This document shows positions 28,026 to 38,131 of a stretch of 54,126 nucleotides of DNA, in pieces. Under the pieces are notes generated by a model. It worked only from the letters and a program-made list of their open reading frames with translations, did not search any database and was not told where the DNA came from. The stretch comes from Oscillospiraceae bacterium (GTDB lineage: Bacteria > Bacillota > Clostridia > Oscillospirales > Ruminococcaceae), in contig JALEMR010000068.1 of the NCBI GenBank assembly GCA_022768245.1, forward strand, positions 1 through 54,126. The letters are read 5' to 3'. Within the stretch, counting starts at the first letter, position 1. Each line of letters begins with the position of its first letter. Made by a program: the position numbers and the translations under genes.

Positions 28026-28210
28026 AGGGAAGCGCTGATAAAGGCGACGCCATCGTTTCCGACACTCGAAAATCCGTTACTGAGAGTGTCGTGAAACGAT
28101 TTAATCAGCAGTTCCCTAGGGAAGCGCTGATAAAAGGCGACGCCATCGTTTCCGACACTCGAAAATCCGTTACTGAGAGTGTCGTGAAACGATTTTATCA
28201 GCGGTTCCCT
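28026..28210 (+). repeat. Perfect tandem duplication (92 nt + 93 nt, about 97% identical) of a long imperfect hairpin
   Basis: Unit 1 is 28026..28117 and unit 2 is 28118..28210, with no spacer. Each unit folds as agggaagcgctgataaa...tttatcagcggttccct around an inner stem cgtttccgacactc/gagtgtcgtgaaacg. Confidence 0.7.
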
Positions 28211-28239
28211 ATATTTCCCGCAAAGGAAAGGCAGATCAT

Positions 28240-29454
28240 ATGAGTAAAAAAATTTCAATCGGAACAGTCATCGGTTTAATGGCAATAACTGCTGCCGTGA
28301 CCTTTGTCGTGACCAACAATGCGGCTCTAAATATTTTCAATGAGAAGGTCCGCTCTGTCAGCGAAAAGGAAGAGTTTTACAATAAATTATCCGAGACCGA
28401 CAGCTTCGCAAGAACATATTATGTGAACAATATCGACGAAAGCAACATGCTCGACGATATAATCAGAGGCTATATCAACGGTCTCGATGACCCTTACGCG
28501 GTATACTACACCGCCGACGAGTACGCCAATATGTCCCCCGAATATACTGGCTATCGCATAGGACTGGGTTTTGCATGGGAAAAGGACGTCAGCGGCTATG
28601 TCAGGGTGACCGACGTGACCGCGGGCTCCTCCGCCGAGGAATACGGCATCAAGCCGGGAGATATCATAATGGCGGTCAATAATACCAACATTATCTCCTA
28701 TCCGGGCGGATATTCCGAGGCTGTCAAGCTGTTCACATCGCAGGAGGGCACTAAGGTCAAGCTGCATATCAAGCGCATCTCCGAGGACGGAACCGCTTCA
28801 TTCCTCAATGCCGACCTTATATCATCGAGGAACGATATCATCTCCGTTACGGGACGCATCAAGGGGAATATCGGATATATCCACATTACCGAATTCAACG
28901 CTACCACTCCCGAGCAGTTCTCCGATGTGCTGGGGCAGCTTAAGGAAAAGGGTGCGGAAAAATACATCTTCGATGTGAGAGACAACGGCGGCGGCACGAT
29001 CGACAGCCTGACCGCGGTCCTGGAGGAGCTGCTCCCTCCCTGCGAGGCGGCGAGGGCGTTCTACAAGACCACCGATGAACCGCTGGTCGTCACCGTGGAC
29101 GAGGACTATCTCAGTGCTCCCATGACCGTTCTGATAAACAACGGCACTAAGGGCGAAGCGGAGCTTTTCGCGTACATTCTCAGGGACGAAAAATCCGCCG
29201 TGACCGTGGGAAAGACCTCCTACGGAAAGGGCGTTTTGCAGGAGACCTACAAGTGCTCCGACGGAAGCGCGGTGAAATTCTCGGTGGCGTCTATGCAGAC
29301 AAAAAGCCGCTTCAATTTCACGGGAATAGGCATAAAGCCCGATTATGACGTGGCTCAGGACGCGCAGATAGACCCCTTTAAGCTGTCCACCACCGAGCAG
29401 GAGCTGTACGATCTGCAGCTTATCAAGGCATATGAAGTTATAGAGAATCTTTGA
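28240..29454 (+). CDS. ctpA: S41 family C-terminal processing peptidase (CtpA/Prc-like) with a PDZ domain
   Basis: An N-terminal TM helix, a PDZ region (GIKPGDIIMAVNN) and an S41 catalytic region (GGGT...GTKGEAE...TSYGKG) are present. Confidence 0.8.
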   Translation: MSKKISIGTVIGLMAITAAVTFVVTNNAALNIFNEKVRSVSEKEEFYNKLSETDSFARTYYVNNIDESNMLDDIIRGYINGLDDPYAVYYTADEYANMSPEYTGYRIGLGFAWEKDVSGYVRVTDVTAGSSAEEYGIKPGDIIMAVNNTNIISYPGGYSEAVKLFTSQEGTKVKLHIKRISEDGTASFLNADLISSRNDIISVTGRIKGNIGYIHITEFNATTPEQFSDVLGQLKEKGAEKYIFDVRDNGGGTIDSLTAVLEELLPPCEAARAFYKTTDEPLVVTVDEDYLSAPMTVLINNGTKGEAELFAYILRDEKSAVTVGKTSYGKGVLQETYKCSDGSAVKFSVASMQTKSRFNFTGIGIKPDYDVAQDAQIDPFKLSTTEQELYDLQLIKAYEVIENL

Positions 29455-29517
29455 GCGGTCAACGGTTATTTTAGGTGCAGCAGCATATAATTCTCATTGA
29501 AAAAACGAGGTGTTGAA

Positions 29518-29880
29518 ATGTTTGAACAGCTTAAGGAATTCGGCGCGGCTTATATCGTCTTTATGGTGCTGGTAGTGGTCGTGTTTTTTATGGACGCGTT
29601 CGTAATCGTCAATGTTCTGACCAAGCGCAAAAAGGATATTTCCGACTACGCCGAATTTATGATAAAATTCACTAAGATAATCATGCTTGCGGCTATCGGT
29701 GTGTACTTTATCTTACAGACCCTCGACGACCGGCTGCTTTACGGCGTGAAGGTGCTTCACATAGTTATCGGCGTAATGGCTCTCCTTGACGCGGCGGCAA
29801 GTCTGTTCGTCAAGCTGAAATTCCGCTACGACCGCATTCACGGCGTTGCCGTCAAGCCCGATGAAAAGGATATGATGTGA
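29518..29880 (+). CDS. Small membrane protein, hypothetical
   Basis: The track ORF is 29497..29880. The ATG at 29518 follows GAGGTG. Three predicted TM helices. Confidence 0.45.
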   Translation: MFEQLKEFGAAYIVFMVLVVVVFFMDAFVIVNVLTKRKKDISDYAEFMIKFTKIIMLAAIGVYFILQTLDDRLLYGVKVLHIVIGVMALLDAAASLFVKLKFRYDRIHGVAVKPDEKDMM

Positions 29881-30542
29881 TGTTTTTCAAGAAAAGATCC
29901 AACATCTACAAGGATTCGGTAAATATCCTCACGGAACAGGGATATTCCGACGAGTACATTTCCGCTCTTAAGGCTGCCATGGAAAAGGCGAAAACTCCCG
30001 CGGATATTGCCGAGGGGCAGAATATGCTGGGAACGGCGCTGCTTTTCCGCGGTGAGCTGGACGAAGCGTATGACACTTTCTCACAGACCGACGATGAAAA
30101 GATATCAAAGCTCTTAAAGCAAAGCTTTGCCGCAAACTATCTGCTCTGCCTGTTTCTGCTGAACAAGTTCCGCGAGGCGGAGGAGCTTTTCGTGCGGCTC
30201 AACAAGGAGCTCCTGGATGAGAATACTCTGCTCATGCGCCGCTCCATGGGCATACATCAGTTTATCGCGGGGAATTACGACGCCGCGCTGACTATCTTCC
30301 TTAAGGCGTACAAGGAATCAAATCGGCTCGAACACAGCGACAGTTCAAGAAATTCCTCCATTCTGGGGTTCTGTCTGATACGCACTCTGCTGAAGCTGGA
30401 TATGTACGAGGGCGCGGCGGATTATCTGTCCGCTCTGTCCCCTATCGCGGACAAGGGGCAGCTTGGGGTGCTCTGCGGGAAGATGAAGCGAACTGTTGCG
30501 GATAGGACTGCGAATAAAAATAAACGGAAGAAGAAAAGATAA
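29880..30542 (+). CDS. TPR-like hypothetical protein
   Basis: The track ORF is 29877..30542. The ATG at 29880 overlaps the upstream TGA. Helical-repeat character with no catalytic motifs. Confidence 0.45.
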   Translation: MFFKKRSNIYKDSVNILTEQGYSDEYISALKAAMEKAKTPADIAEGQNMLGTALLFRGELDEAYDTFSQTDDEKISKLLKQSFAANYLLCLFLLNKFREAEELFVRLNKELLDENTLLMRRSMGIHQFIAGNYDAALTIFLKAYKESNRLEHSDSSRNSSILGFCLIRTLLKLDMYEGAADYLSALSPIADKGQLGVLCGKMKRTVADRTANKNKRKKKR

Positions 30543-30546
30543 AAAA

Positions 30547-30577
30547 CCTTAGAAGCTTGAACGCTTCTAAGGTTTTT
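30547..30577. terminator. Bidirectional rho-independent terminator
   Basis: ccttagaagc-ttgaac-gcttctaagg is flanked by AAAAAA upstream and TTTTT downstream, between convergent genes. Confidence 0.65.
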
Positions 30578-30586
30578 ATTGCATTA

Positions 30587-33331
30587 TCAGAAAAGTATCT
30601 CGGTCAATCTCTCGGGTGATATCTCCTTATCGGGCTTGAAATCCTCCGATGCCGCATACTCGGCTATGCTGCCGATATACGCCGACAGCTCGGGCGACTT
30701 CCCCGTCTTATCTGGGTCGGCTGCGCAGACGATGATATTTCCCCCGCCGCACTTCGCTTCGAAAAGCAGCGCCAGCTTATGATTACGCTCCACATTGTCT
30801 ATGGTGCGGACTATCGGGTCGATGTCCGTGCCGTCAAGGACCATACATCTGCTGTTGGTGATGATATCGTACCACTGTGGCGTGGTGTATGTATCGGAGA
30901 TAAAGCCCTTTAATGCACTGTGGGTATTGCGGGCGGATATGCCCAGCGTGCCCGTGGGGACGGGTCTGCCCATGGACTCGGATATGCTGCGGAACATGCC
31001 GAAATTCCAGAAATCGGTGCAGTACACGCTGTCTATCCCCTTGACATTTTCCGTTACGAGCAGGACATTTTTCTTTTCGGACAGCTTTTCCAGAGCCGCA
31101 AACTTATCCGCGGTGACGAACAGGTTATCCGTGGACAGGTCGCCGATGTTCACATACTGCTTCGGGAAGAGATACAGCTCGTACTCGTTCCTGATATCGC
31201 CCATTTTAAGTGAAAGCTTTCCCCTTTCCTGCTTTTCGGCAGAAATATCCGCAGTGATTATTCCTATCGTATATACGCCGTTTTCCTTGACTGCTTCACA
31301 GCTGAACGCGTATTTCTTTCCGAGGAGATCTATCTCGGCGGTCATTCCCGAAATGTCGGTGCTTCCGAAATGGGAGACGATTATCTCTGCGGAAAATTCA
31401 TCGCCGTCATACAGCACAAAGCTCGGAAATGCTGCCATAATCACGGTTTCGCCGTTGAAATAGTTCCATTCCTCCCGGGAAATGATACCCTTTGGCTCCA
31501 TAAAGGAATTGAGGATCCCTACCATAGCAGTTCCCTGCCCCGTGAAATCCTGTATGTCCAGCAGCTGATAGCCCGACAGACAGCGGCTGCGTCTTGCGGC
31601 TTCTATCTCCAGCTTATAGCACTGCGCCGCCAGACGTCCTGAATCCATGAAATTCGCTTTCGCATACTCTCCCATTCCCGCGGCATTCAGACGGTCGCGG
31701 AAAACCTCTAAATTGCGCGCTTTCAGCACTCCCGTGTATTTATCGATCTCGTCATAGTCGGGATAGGTGTAATACTGCCCCACCTCGTGGGAGACTACGG
31801 GCTTCTGCGGGATATATCTTCCGCCGCCGTTGGTCTTGACCTTTTTCACTCCCGTGCCGTACTGTATCTCTATCTCGCCGTTTTCGTCGGCTTCTCCCAT
31901 TTCGGAGCCGCTGCTGAAATATACGTCGTAATTATGCACGGTATTGGGCTTGTCGGTCTGGACAAATCCCAGCGGTGCGTCACACATTGCATAGGAGCCT
32001 CGTATCAGAAATTCCTTATCAAATCGCACTCCTACGAAGAAATCCTCGTTGGGGACCTCCGTCGGGAAGAACTGGAAATTGTTGGAGCCGCCCGTATAGA
32101 GGATACGGTCGTTGACCTCCTTGAAGCCGCCGATTATCTCGCTGAGCCTGTCCGCACTGCCCCAGAGCTCATTGCCCAGGGACATCATCACGAAGGAGGG
32201 GTGATGTCCGAATTCCTTTATTATCCCGAAGCCCTCGCTGATAAGATATTCCTGCTCGGGAGCGTTGAAGTCCTTGTCGTCCTTTCCGTGGATAGTCCCC
32301 CAGAAGGGCAGCTCGGGCTCCATGTAGATGCCCAGCATATCCGCAGCGGTAAATGCCGCGTCGGGCGGACAGCAGGTGTGGAAACGGTAATGATTTATCC
32401 CATAGGACTTCGCAGTCTGCATCACCTTAAGCCAGCCCTCCACGTCGGTGGGAGCATAGCCTGTCATGGGGAATATCATTCCGTCGTGCTTGCCGCGGAG
32501 AATGATCTCCTTTCCGTTTATCTTAAAGCCGTAGGAATTATTTTCTCTTCTGAATGTTTCAAGCTTTTTCATGCCGAAGGTGGTCTTATATGTATTGCCG
32601 TTTGCGGCGGTGATAGTCACATTGTAGAATCTGGGAGTAAATTCGCTCCATTTTTCAATATTATCGCGGCACTTTATCTGCACGCTGCTTTGTCCATTTT
32701 TAAACACTGCGGAAGCTGCGTCAAATGCGCCGTCGGAGGTTATTTCCGCGGAAATGTCTTCGGACGCGCAGGCTGTAATTGTGACCGTGTTATCATCGTA
32801 GTTTTCCGCTATGGTGATATCGCGGAGCACTCCCCTCACTTCGGAGGTTATGGATATCTCGCCAAGTATGCCGTTCCAGTTGGTCTGGGTGTCGGGAGAG
32901 GTCATATGTCCGCCTCTTGTGGGATAGTCCGTATTATCGACCATGACCGTAAGCTTAAAGGACGGCTTTGCAAGAGCGGTTATATCATACAGATGAGATG
33001 TACAGAGACTGTTCATACTGCCCGCATATTCCCCGTCTATCCAGATGTGAGACACACGGGTGCGCTCCAGCTTCAGCGTATAGACGTTATCCGCCGAATA
33101 GTCATCAAGGACTATCTCACGGGAGAACCATGCATAGCCCTCATAATAATAGGGGTCGGACAGATAGCCTGTGCTCATATCGGTGTTATACTCCCCCTTT
33201 TGCGCCGCGGAAACGGTGTTGGGGAGAGTTATTTCATCATCAAAGCTGCCAAGAAAAAATTTCTTCTCAATGCCCTCATTGGCGCTGTCTGCCGAAAAGC
33301 TCCAGCTGCCCGAAATATCGTATATTTTCAT
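30587..33331 (-). CDS. Glycoside hydrolase family 2-like enzyme (beta-galactosidase/beta-mannosidase-type TIM barrel)
   Basis: The track ORF is 30587..33355. The ATG at 33331 (MKIYDISG) follows AAAGGA. A GH2-like sugar-binding N-domain and a catalytic TIM-barrel region (...HYRFHTCCPPDAAF...MEPELPFWG...NELWG) are present. Confidence 0.7.
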   Translation of the reverse strand: MKIYDISGSWSFSADSANEGIEKKFFLGSFDDEITLPNTVSAAQKGEYNTDMSTGYLSDPYYYEGYAWFSREIVLDDYSADNVYTLKLERTRVSHIWIDGEYAGSMNSLCTSHLYDITALAKPSFKLTVMVDNTDYPTRGGHMTSPDTQTNWNGILGEISITSEVRGVLRDITIAENYDDNTVTITACASEDISAEITSDGAFDAASAVFKNGQSSVQIKCRDNIEKWSEFTPRFYNVTITAANGNTYKTTFGMKKLETFRRENNSYGFKINGKEIILRGKHDGMIFPMTGYAPTDVEGWLKVMQTAKSYGINHYRFHTCCPPDAAFTAADMLGIYMEPELPFWGTIHGKDDKDFNAPEQEYLISEGFGIIKEFGHHPSFVMMSLGNELWGSADRLSEIIGGFKEVNDRILYTGGSNNFQFFPTEVPNEDFFVGVRFDKEFLIRGSYAMCDAPLGFVQTDKPNTVHNYDVYFSSGSEMGEADENGEIEIQYGTGVKKVKTNGGGRYIPQKPVVSHEVGQYYTYPDYDEIDKYTGVLKARNLEVFRDRLNAAGMGEYAKANFMDSGRLAAQCYKLEIEAARRSRCLSGYQLLDIQDFTGQGTAMVGILNSFMEPKGIISREEWNYFNGETVIMAAFPSFVLYDGDEFSAEIIVSHFGSTDISGMTAEIDLLGKKYAFSCEAVKENGVYTIGIITADISAEKQERGKLSLKMGDIRNEYELYLFPKQYVNIGDLSTDNLFVTADKFAALEKLSEKKNVLLVTENVKGIDSVYCTDFWNFGMFRSISESMGRPVPTGTLGISARNTHSALKGFISDTYTTPQWYDIITNSRCMVLDGTDIDPIVRTIDNVERNHKLALLFEAKCGGGNIIVCAADPDKTGKSPELSAYIGSIAEYAASEDFKPDKEISPERLTEILF

Positions 33332-33435
33332 GTCGGTTATCCTTTCATAATTCACTACTGAATATTGTAATATATTTTTAGGGAAAAGTCAATGAAAATC
33401 ATCGGGATTTCCTTGAAAAAAATACATATGGGTAC

Positions 33436-33464
33436 TTGTAAAATCTGCGGGTTTGTTGTATAAT
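33436..33464 (+). promoter_or_regulatory. sigma-A promoter of polC
   Basis: TTGTAA, a 17-nt spacer, then TATAAT. Confidence 0.5.
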
Positions 33465-33515
33465 AGTAGTATTGATATGCCGAACTTTTTATGATCTGTT
33501 TTTAAGGTGGATACG

Positions 33516-36500
33516 ATGCTCATTAAAGACTTTTTCTCCGATTACTCCGACGCTGTCCCCAACCCCATCGGAAAGGGCGAGATACTTAAGCTTACTCACA
33601 ACAAGGAATCTACCAGACTTACCGTTTTTGCTAAGTTTGAGGCTCTCCAGCGCTGCGAGAATATCCTCGGATTTGAACATGAAATGTGCCGCGCTCTCGG
33701 TATCTCCGAGCTTTTTTTGCGCTGCAGATATACCCCCAATATGTTCGAGACGAAATACGTAAACGAAGCTATTGCACGGCTCAAAACACGCATTGCCGTT
33801 ATCAACGGCCACACAAAGGGCGCTGTGCTCTCCGAGCAGGACGGCAATATCCGCATTGTGCTCAAAAACGGCGGCGCGGAGCTCCTCAAAAGAGCTAAGG
33901 TGGATACCGAGCTCGCAAGGCTGCTCACCGAGGAATTCTCCCGCAGCTTCACTGTGGATATCTCCGACAGACAGTCCGATGAGGACCCTATGGAAAGCTA
34001 TAATCGTGAAATGGAGGAGCTTTACGCAAGCATGCCCGTTCCCGAAGCGCCTGTTATGAACGATGCTCCCGAAGATAATGAGCCTGTCGTAAAAATGGAT
34101 TTCAAGGAGCTGCCTATCCTCACCGATGATGCAGAGGTCATCAAGGGAAAACATATCTACGCCGATTCTGCTACCAATATCGGCGATATTACGGGCAAGA
34201 TGACAAACGCCGTTATCTGGGGCGATGTGTTCGAATACGCCGAAAAGGAGATCAAAAACAAAAAGGGCGAGGAAAAGCGCATTGTCACCGTTGGGATCAC
34301 CGACTACACAAGCTCTATATCCATAAAGGATTTTCAGGATAAGGAAGCCGAAAATCCCTACAAACAGCTTAAGGAGGGCACTACTGTCGTTGTCCGCGGA
34401 CGGGTGGACTTCGATACCTTCGACAACGAGCTGCAGTTCAAGGCTAACGACATCATGAAGGTCAAGAAGATAGAACGCACCGACACCGCCGAGGAAAAGC
34501 GGGTCGAGCTTCACATGCATACGAACATGTCTACCCTCGACGCGGTAACTCCCGTGGAAAAGCTTATCAAGCGCGCCTACTCATGGGGTCACAAGGCTAT
34601 CGCTATCACCGACCACGGCGGAGTGCAGGCTTTCCCCGCCGCTTACGACTGTGTTTCCGAAATACGCAAAAAGGGCGGCGATTTCAAGGCAATCTACGGC
34701 TGCGAGGCATATTCCGTGGACGACTGCGAGGAGGCTGTCTCCTGCATAGAGGACCGTCCGCTGACAGGCGAGCTTATCGTGTTCGACCTCGAAACTACGG
34801 GCTTTTCCGCAAGCACCGAAAGGATAATCGAATACGGCGCCGTAAAGCTTGACAACCTTGAACTGGGCGAGACCTTCTCCGAATATGTTGACCCCGAACG
34901 GGAAATCCCTCCGAGGATAACCGAGCTTACAGGCATTAAAAACGAGGACGTTCAAAACGCGCCCTCTCAGGAGGAGGTGCTGCGGAAATTCATCGCCTTC
35001 TGCGGAGAAAAGCCTGTGCTTATCGCACACAATGCAGGCTTTGACACGTCCTTTATCCGCGCCGCCTGCGAAAGATACGGCATTGATTTTGAATTCTCCG
35101 TCATTGATACCGTGACCCTCAGCAGAGGTATACTCACCGAGCTGAAAAAATACAAGCTCGATATCGTGGCAAAGGCTCTGGGACTGGGCGAGTTCGACCA
35201 TCACCGCGCCTTCGAGGACGCGAAAATGCTGGGACGCATTTTCATCAGGCTGGCAAACCGTCTTATCACCGAGAACAACATAAAAAATATCAGCGAGATA
35301 AACGGCTGTCTCCGCGGCGTTGACCCGAGAGCACTTAAGACCTATCATCAGATCATCCTCGTCAAAAACAGCGTGGGACTGAAAAATCTGTACAAGCTTG
35401 TTTCGATAGGTCACACTAAGTATTACAAGCGCCGTCCGCGCATTCCCATATCCGAGCTGAAGCTCCACAGAGAGGGGCTTATCGTGGGAAGCGCCTGCGA
35501 ATCGGGCGAGCTTTTTACCGCTGTCCGCGACGGGCGCAGCATGTCCGAGCTGAAAAGGATAGCTTCTCTGTACGACTATCTGGAGATACAGCCCGTCCTC
35601 AACAATGAATTCCTCATTCGCAGCGAGGACTATCCCGATATCAACACCATTGAGGATCTACAGGAGCTTAACAGGAAGATCGTCCGTCTGGGCGAGGAAA
35701 TGAACATTCCCGTATGCGCTACCTGCGACGTTCACTTCATGGACAAGAATGACAGCGTTTTCCGAAAGATTCTCATGTACGGAAAATTCGACGACGCGGA
35801 ACATCAGCCGCCGCTTTATCTTCGCACCACCGATGAAATGCTGGAGGAATTTGCCTACCTCGGCGAGGAAAAGGCTTTTGAGGTCTGCGTGACCAATCCC
35901 AACAGGATCGCCGATATGTGCGACCCCGATATCAGACCTATCCCCCCCGGAACATTTACTCCCAGCATGGACAACGCCGAGGAGGAGCTTCCCCGCATCA
36001 CATGGGAGACCGCCCGCCGCATCTACGGCGACCCTCTGCCCGAGATCGTGGAAAAACGCCTTGACAAGGAGCTTACCTCTATCGTCAAGAACGGATTTGC
36101 CGTGCTGTACATGATCGCACAGAAGCTGGTGGCAAACTCCAACGAGCATGGCTATCAGGTGGGCTCCCGTGGTTCGGTAGGCTCGTCCTTCGTGGCGAAC
36201 ATGTCGGGTATCTCCGAGGTCAATTCCCTGCCGCCCCACTACATCTGCGACAAGTGCAAGCACAGCGAATTTTTCACCGACGGCTCAATCGGCTCGGGCT
36301 ATGACCTGCCCGAAAAGGACTGCCCAGTCTGCGGTCAGCCCATGCGCCGCGAGGGACACGATATCCCCTTTGAGACCTTCCTCGGCTTCAACGGCGACAA
36401 GGCTCCCGATATCGACCTTAACTTCTCGGGCGAGTATCAGACAAGCGCTCACAAGTACACCGAGACCCTCTTCGGCAGCGAAAACGTATTCAAAGCGGGA

Positions 36501-37832
36501 ACTATCGGCACCGTTGCCGAAAAGACCGCATACGGCTACGTTAAGCATTATCTGGACGAAACGGGGCAGCATGTCCCGAGAGCCGAGGAAAACCGCCTGA
36601 CTAAGGGCTGCACCGACGTTAAGCGCACCACCGGTCAGCACCCCGGCGGAATGGTCGTTATCCCCTCCGATTACGAGGTCTACGATTTCACCGCCGTTCA
36701 GCACCCTGCCGAGGACGCTAATTCAGATGTTGTCACCACTCACTACGACTTCCATTCTCTCCACGATACGATCCTCAAGCTGGACGAGCTGGGACACGAT
36801 TGTCCCACCCTCTACAAGCACCTTGAGGACATGACGGGCGTTATGACAAAGGATATCTTTGCGGGCGACAAGAAGGTTATGAGTCTGTACACCTCCCCCG
36901 AGGCTCTTGGCGTCACCGCGGAGGACATCGGCTGGGAAACGGGCACCCTCGCTATCCCCGAAATGGGCACGAGCTTCGTAAAGGGAATGCTTCTTGAAGC
37001 AAAGCCGCAGAAATTCTCCGACCTTTTACAGATATCGGGTCTGTCCCACGGAACGGACGTATGGCTCGGAAATGCGCAGGAGCTTATCAAAAACGGAACA
37101 TGCACCATTTCCGAGGTCATCGGCTGCCGTGACGGCATCATGACCTATCTTATCTATCACGGTGTTGACCCTAACCTGTCCTTCAAGATAATGGAGATAA
37201 CCCGTAAGGGCAAGGCTCCCAAGCTGCTCACCGAGGAAATGAAGCAGAACATGCGCGACCATGATGTTCCCGAATGGTACATCGACAGCTGTCTTAAGAT
37301 AAAGTACATGTTCCCGAAGGCTCATGCGGCGGCGTATGTTATCGCTGCGCAGAAGCTGGGCTGGTACAAGATAAACTATCCGCTGGAATTTTACGCCACC
37401 ATATTCACTGTCCGCGGCGAGGACTTTGACGCGGAAATTGCAATGCTGGGACGGAACGCCGTCAAAATGAAGATAAACGAGCTGAAAAACAAGGACAGCC
37501 GTACAGCAAAGGAATCGGGCACCCTTGATATGCTCATGCTCATCAACGAAATGATGGCGAGAGGCTTTGAATTTTTACCCATTGACATCTACAAATCGGA
37601 CGGGCTTGACTATCTGCCCGAGGACGGAAAGATAAGACTGCCGTTCTGTGCGGCTTCGGGCATAGGAAACAATGCTGCGGTTGCACTGCGAGAAGCGGCT
37701 TTGCAGGGAGAGTTCCTGTCCATTGACGAAGTCCAGGAGCGAAGCGGCGTTGGCAAGAGCGTTATTGAGACGCTGGAAGCCATAGGCGCGCTGAGGGATC
37801 TGCCCAAGTCGGATCAGATATCTTTGTTTTAG
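33516..37832 (+). CDS. polC: DNA polymerase III PolC-type (Gram-positive replicative polymerase with proofreading exonuclease)
   Basis: The track ORF is 33507..37832. The ATG at 33516 follows AAGGTGG. It has a PHP domain (HMHTNMSTLDA), an inserted DEDDh exonuclease (VFDLETTGF...HNAGFDTSF...HRAFEDA) and a polymerase core, for about 1440 aa. Confidence 0.95.
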   Translation: MLIKDFFSDYSDAVPNPIGKGEILKLTHNKESTRLTVFAKFEALQRCENILGFEHEMCRALGISELFLRCRYTPNMFETKYVNEAIARLKTRIAVINGHTKGAVLSEQDGNIRIVLKNGGAELLKRAKVDTELARLLTEEFSRSFTVDISDRQSDEDPMESYNREMEELYASMPVPEAPVMNDAPEDNEPVVKMDFKELPILTDDAEVIKGKHIYADSATNIGDITGKMTNAVIWGDVFEYAEKEIKNKKGEEKRIVTVGITDYTSSISIKDFQDKEAENPYKQLKEGTTVVVRGRVDFDTFDNELQFKANDIMKVKKIERTDTAEEKRVELHMHTNMSTLDAVTPVEKLIKRAYSWGHKAIAITDHGGVQAFPAAYDCVSEIRKKGGDFKAIYGCEAYSVDDCEEAVSCIEDRPLTGELIVFDLETTGFSASTERIIEYGAVKLDNLELGETFSEYVDPEREIPPRITELTGIKNEDVQNAPSQEEVLRKFIAFCGEKPVLIAHNAGFDTSFIRAACERYGIDFEFSVIDTVTLSRGILTELKKYKLDIVAKALGLGEFDHHRAFEDAKMLGRIFIRLANRLITENNIKNISEINGCLRGVDPRALKTYHQIILVKNSVGLKNLYKLVSIGHTKYYKRRPRIPISELKLHREGLIVGSACESGELFTAVRDGRSMSELKRIASLYDYLEIQPVLNNEFLIRSEDYPDINTIEDLQELNRKIVRLGEEMNIPVCATCDVHFMDKNDSVFRKILMYGKFDDAEHQPPLYLRTTDEMLEEFAYLGEEKAFEVCVTNPNRIADMCDPDIRPIPPGTFTPSMDNAEEELPRITWETARRIYGDPLPEIVEKRLDKELTSIVKNGFAVLYMIAQKLVANSNEHGYQVGSRGSVGSSFVANMSGISEVNSLPPHYICDKCKHSEFFTDGSIGSGYDLPEKDCPVCGQPMRREGHDIPFETFLGFNGDKAPDIDLNFSGEYQTSAHKYTETLFGSENVFKAGTIGTVAEKTAYGYVKHYLDETGQHVPRAEENRLTKGCTDVKRTTGQHPGGMVVIPSDYEVYDFTAVQHPAEDANSDVVTTHYDFHSLHDTILKLDELGHDCPTLYKHLEDMTGVMTKDIFAGDKKVMSLYTSPEALGVTAEDIGWETGTLAIPEMGTSFVKGMLLEAKPQKFSDLLQISGLSHGTDVWLGNAQELIKNGTCTISEVIGCRDGIMTYLIYHGVDPNLSFKIMEITRKGKAPKLLTEEMKQNMRDHDVPEWYIDSCLKIKYMFPKAHAAAYVIAAQKLGWYKINYPLEFYATIFTVRGEDFDAEIAMLGRNAVKMKINELKNKDSRTAKESGTLDMLMLINEMMARGFEFLPIDIYKSDGLDYLPEDGKIRLPFCAASGIGNNAAVALREAALQGEFLSIDEVQERSGVGKSVIETLEAIGALRDLPKSDQISLF

Positions 37833-37916
37833 CTAATAGCAAATAGCGATTAGCGGATAGTACTTAGTACATAGTACCTAGTACCTAGTGTTTAGTCCTT
37901 AGCACTTAGGTTCTAA
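37830..37916 (+). repeat. Thirteen stop triplets (12 TAG, 1 TAA) at an exact 7-nt period immediately after the polC stop
   Basis: TAG occurs at 37830, 37837, 37844 and every 7 nt through 37907, then TAA at 37914. The units are TAGCTAA TAGCAAA TAGCGAT TAGCGGA TAGTACT TAGTACA TAGTACC TAGTACC TAGTGTT TAGTCCT TAGCACT TAGGTTC TAAGATG. Confidence 0.7.
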
Positions 37917-38131
37917 GATGAGAGTCACAGCCAATAAGCAGTAAGCCCGCAATAAAAAGTTCGCCGGCCTTTCAAGGCTGCGAGTTTCCAAAGGGCGGCG
38001 TGCATTTAACAGCGGAGCGAATCAAATGCGCGGAGCTCTGCTCCGCCGAAAACGAACAGCAAATCGTATGTAACCGCAAAGCATAGAGCGGAACGAAGCC
38101 AAAGCGAACAGCAGAAGATCGGAGGACAAAT

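Noticed and set aside
27900-28240. Possible CRISPR array because of the direct repeats
   Set aside because: There are only two repeat copies. They are directly adjacent with no spacer, are 92 nt long, and no cas genes lie nearby.
27941-28258. 105-aa minus-strand ORF with an internally duplicated peptide
   Set aside because: The duplication is simply the tandem 92-nt DNA repeat read in frame. It has no ribosome-binding site and extends into the ctpA start.
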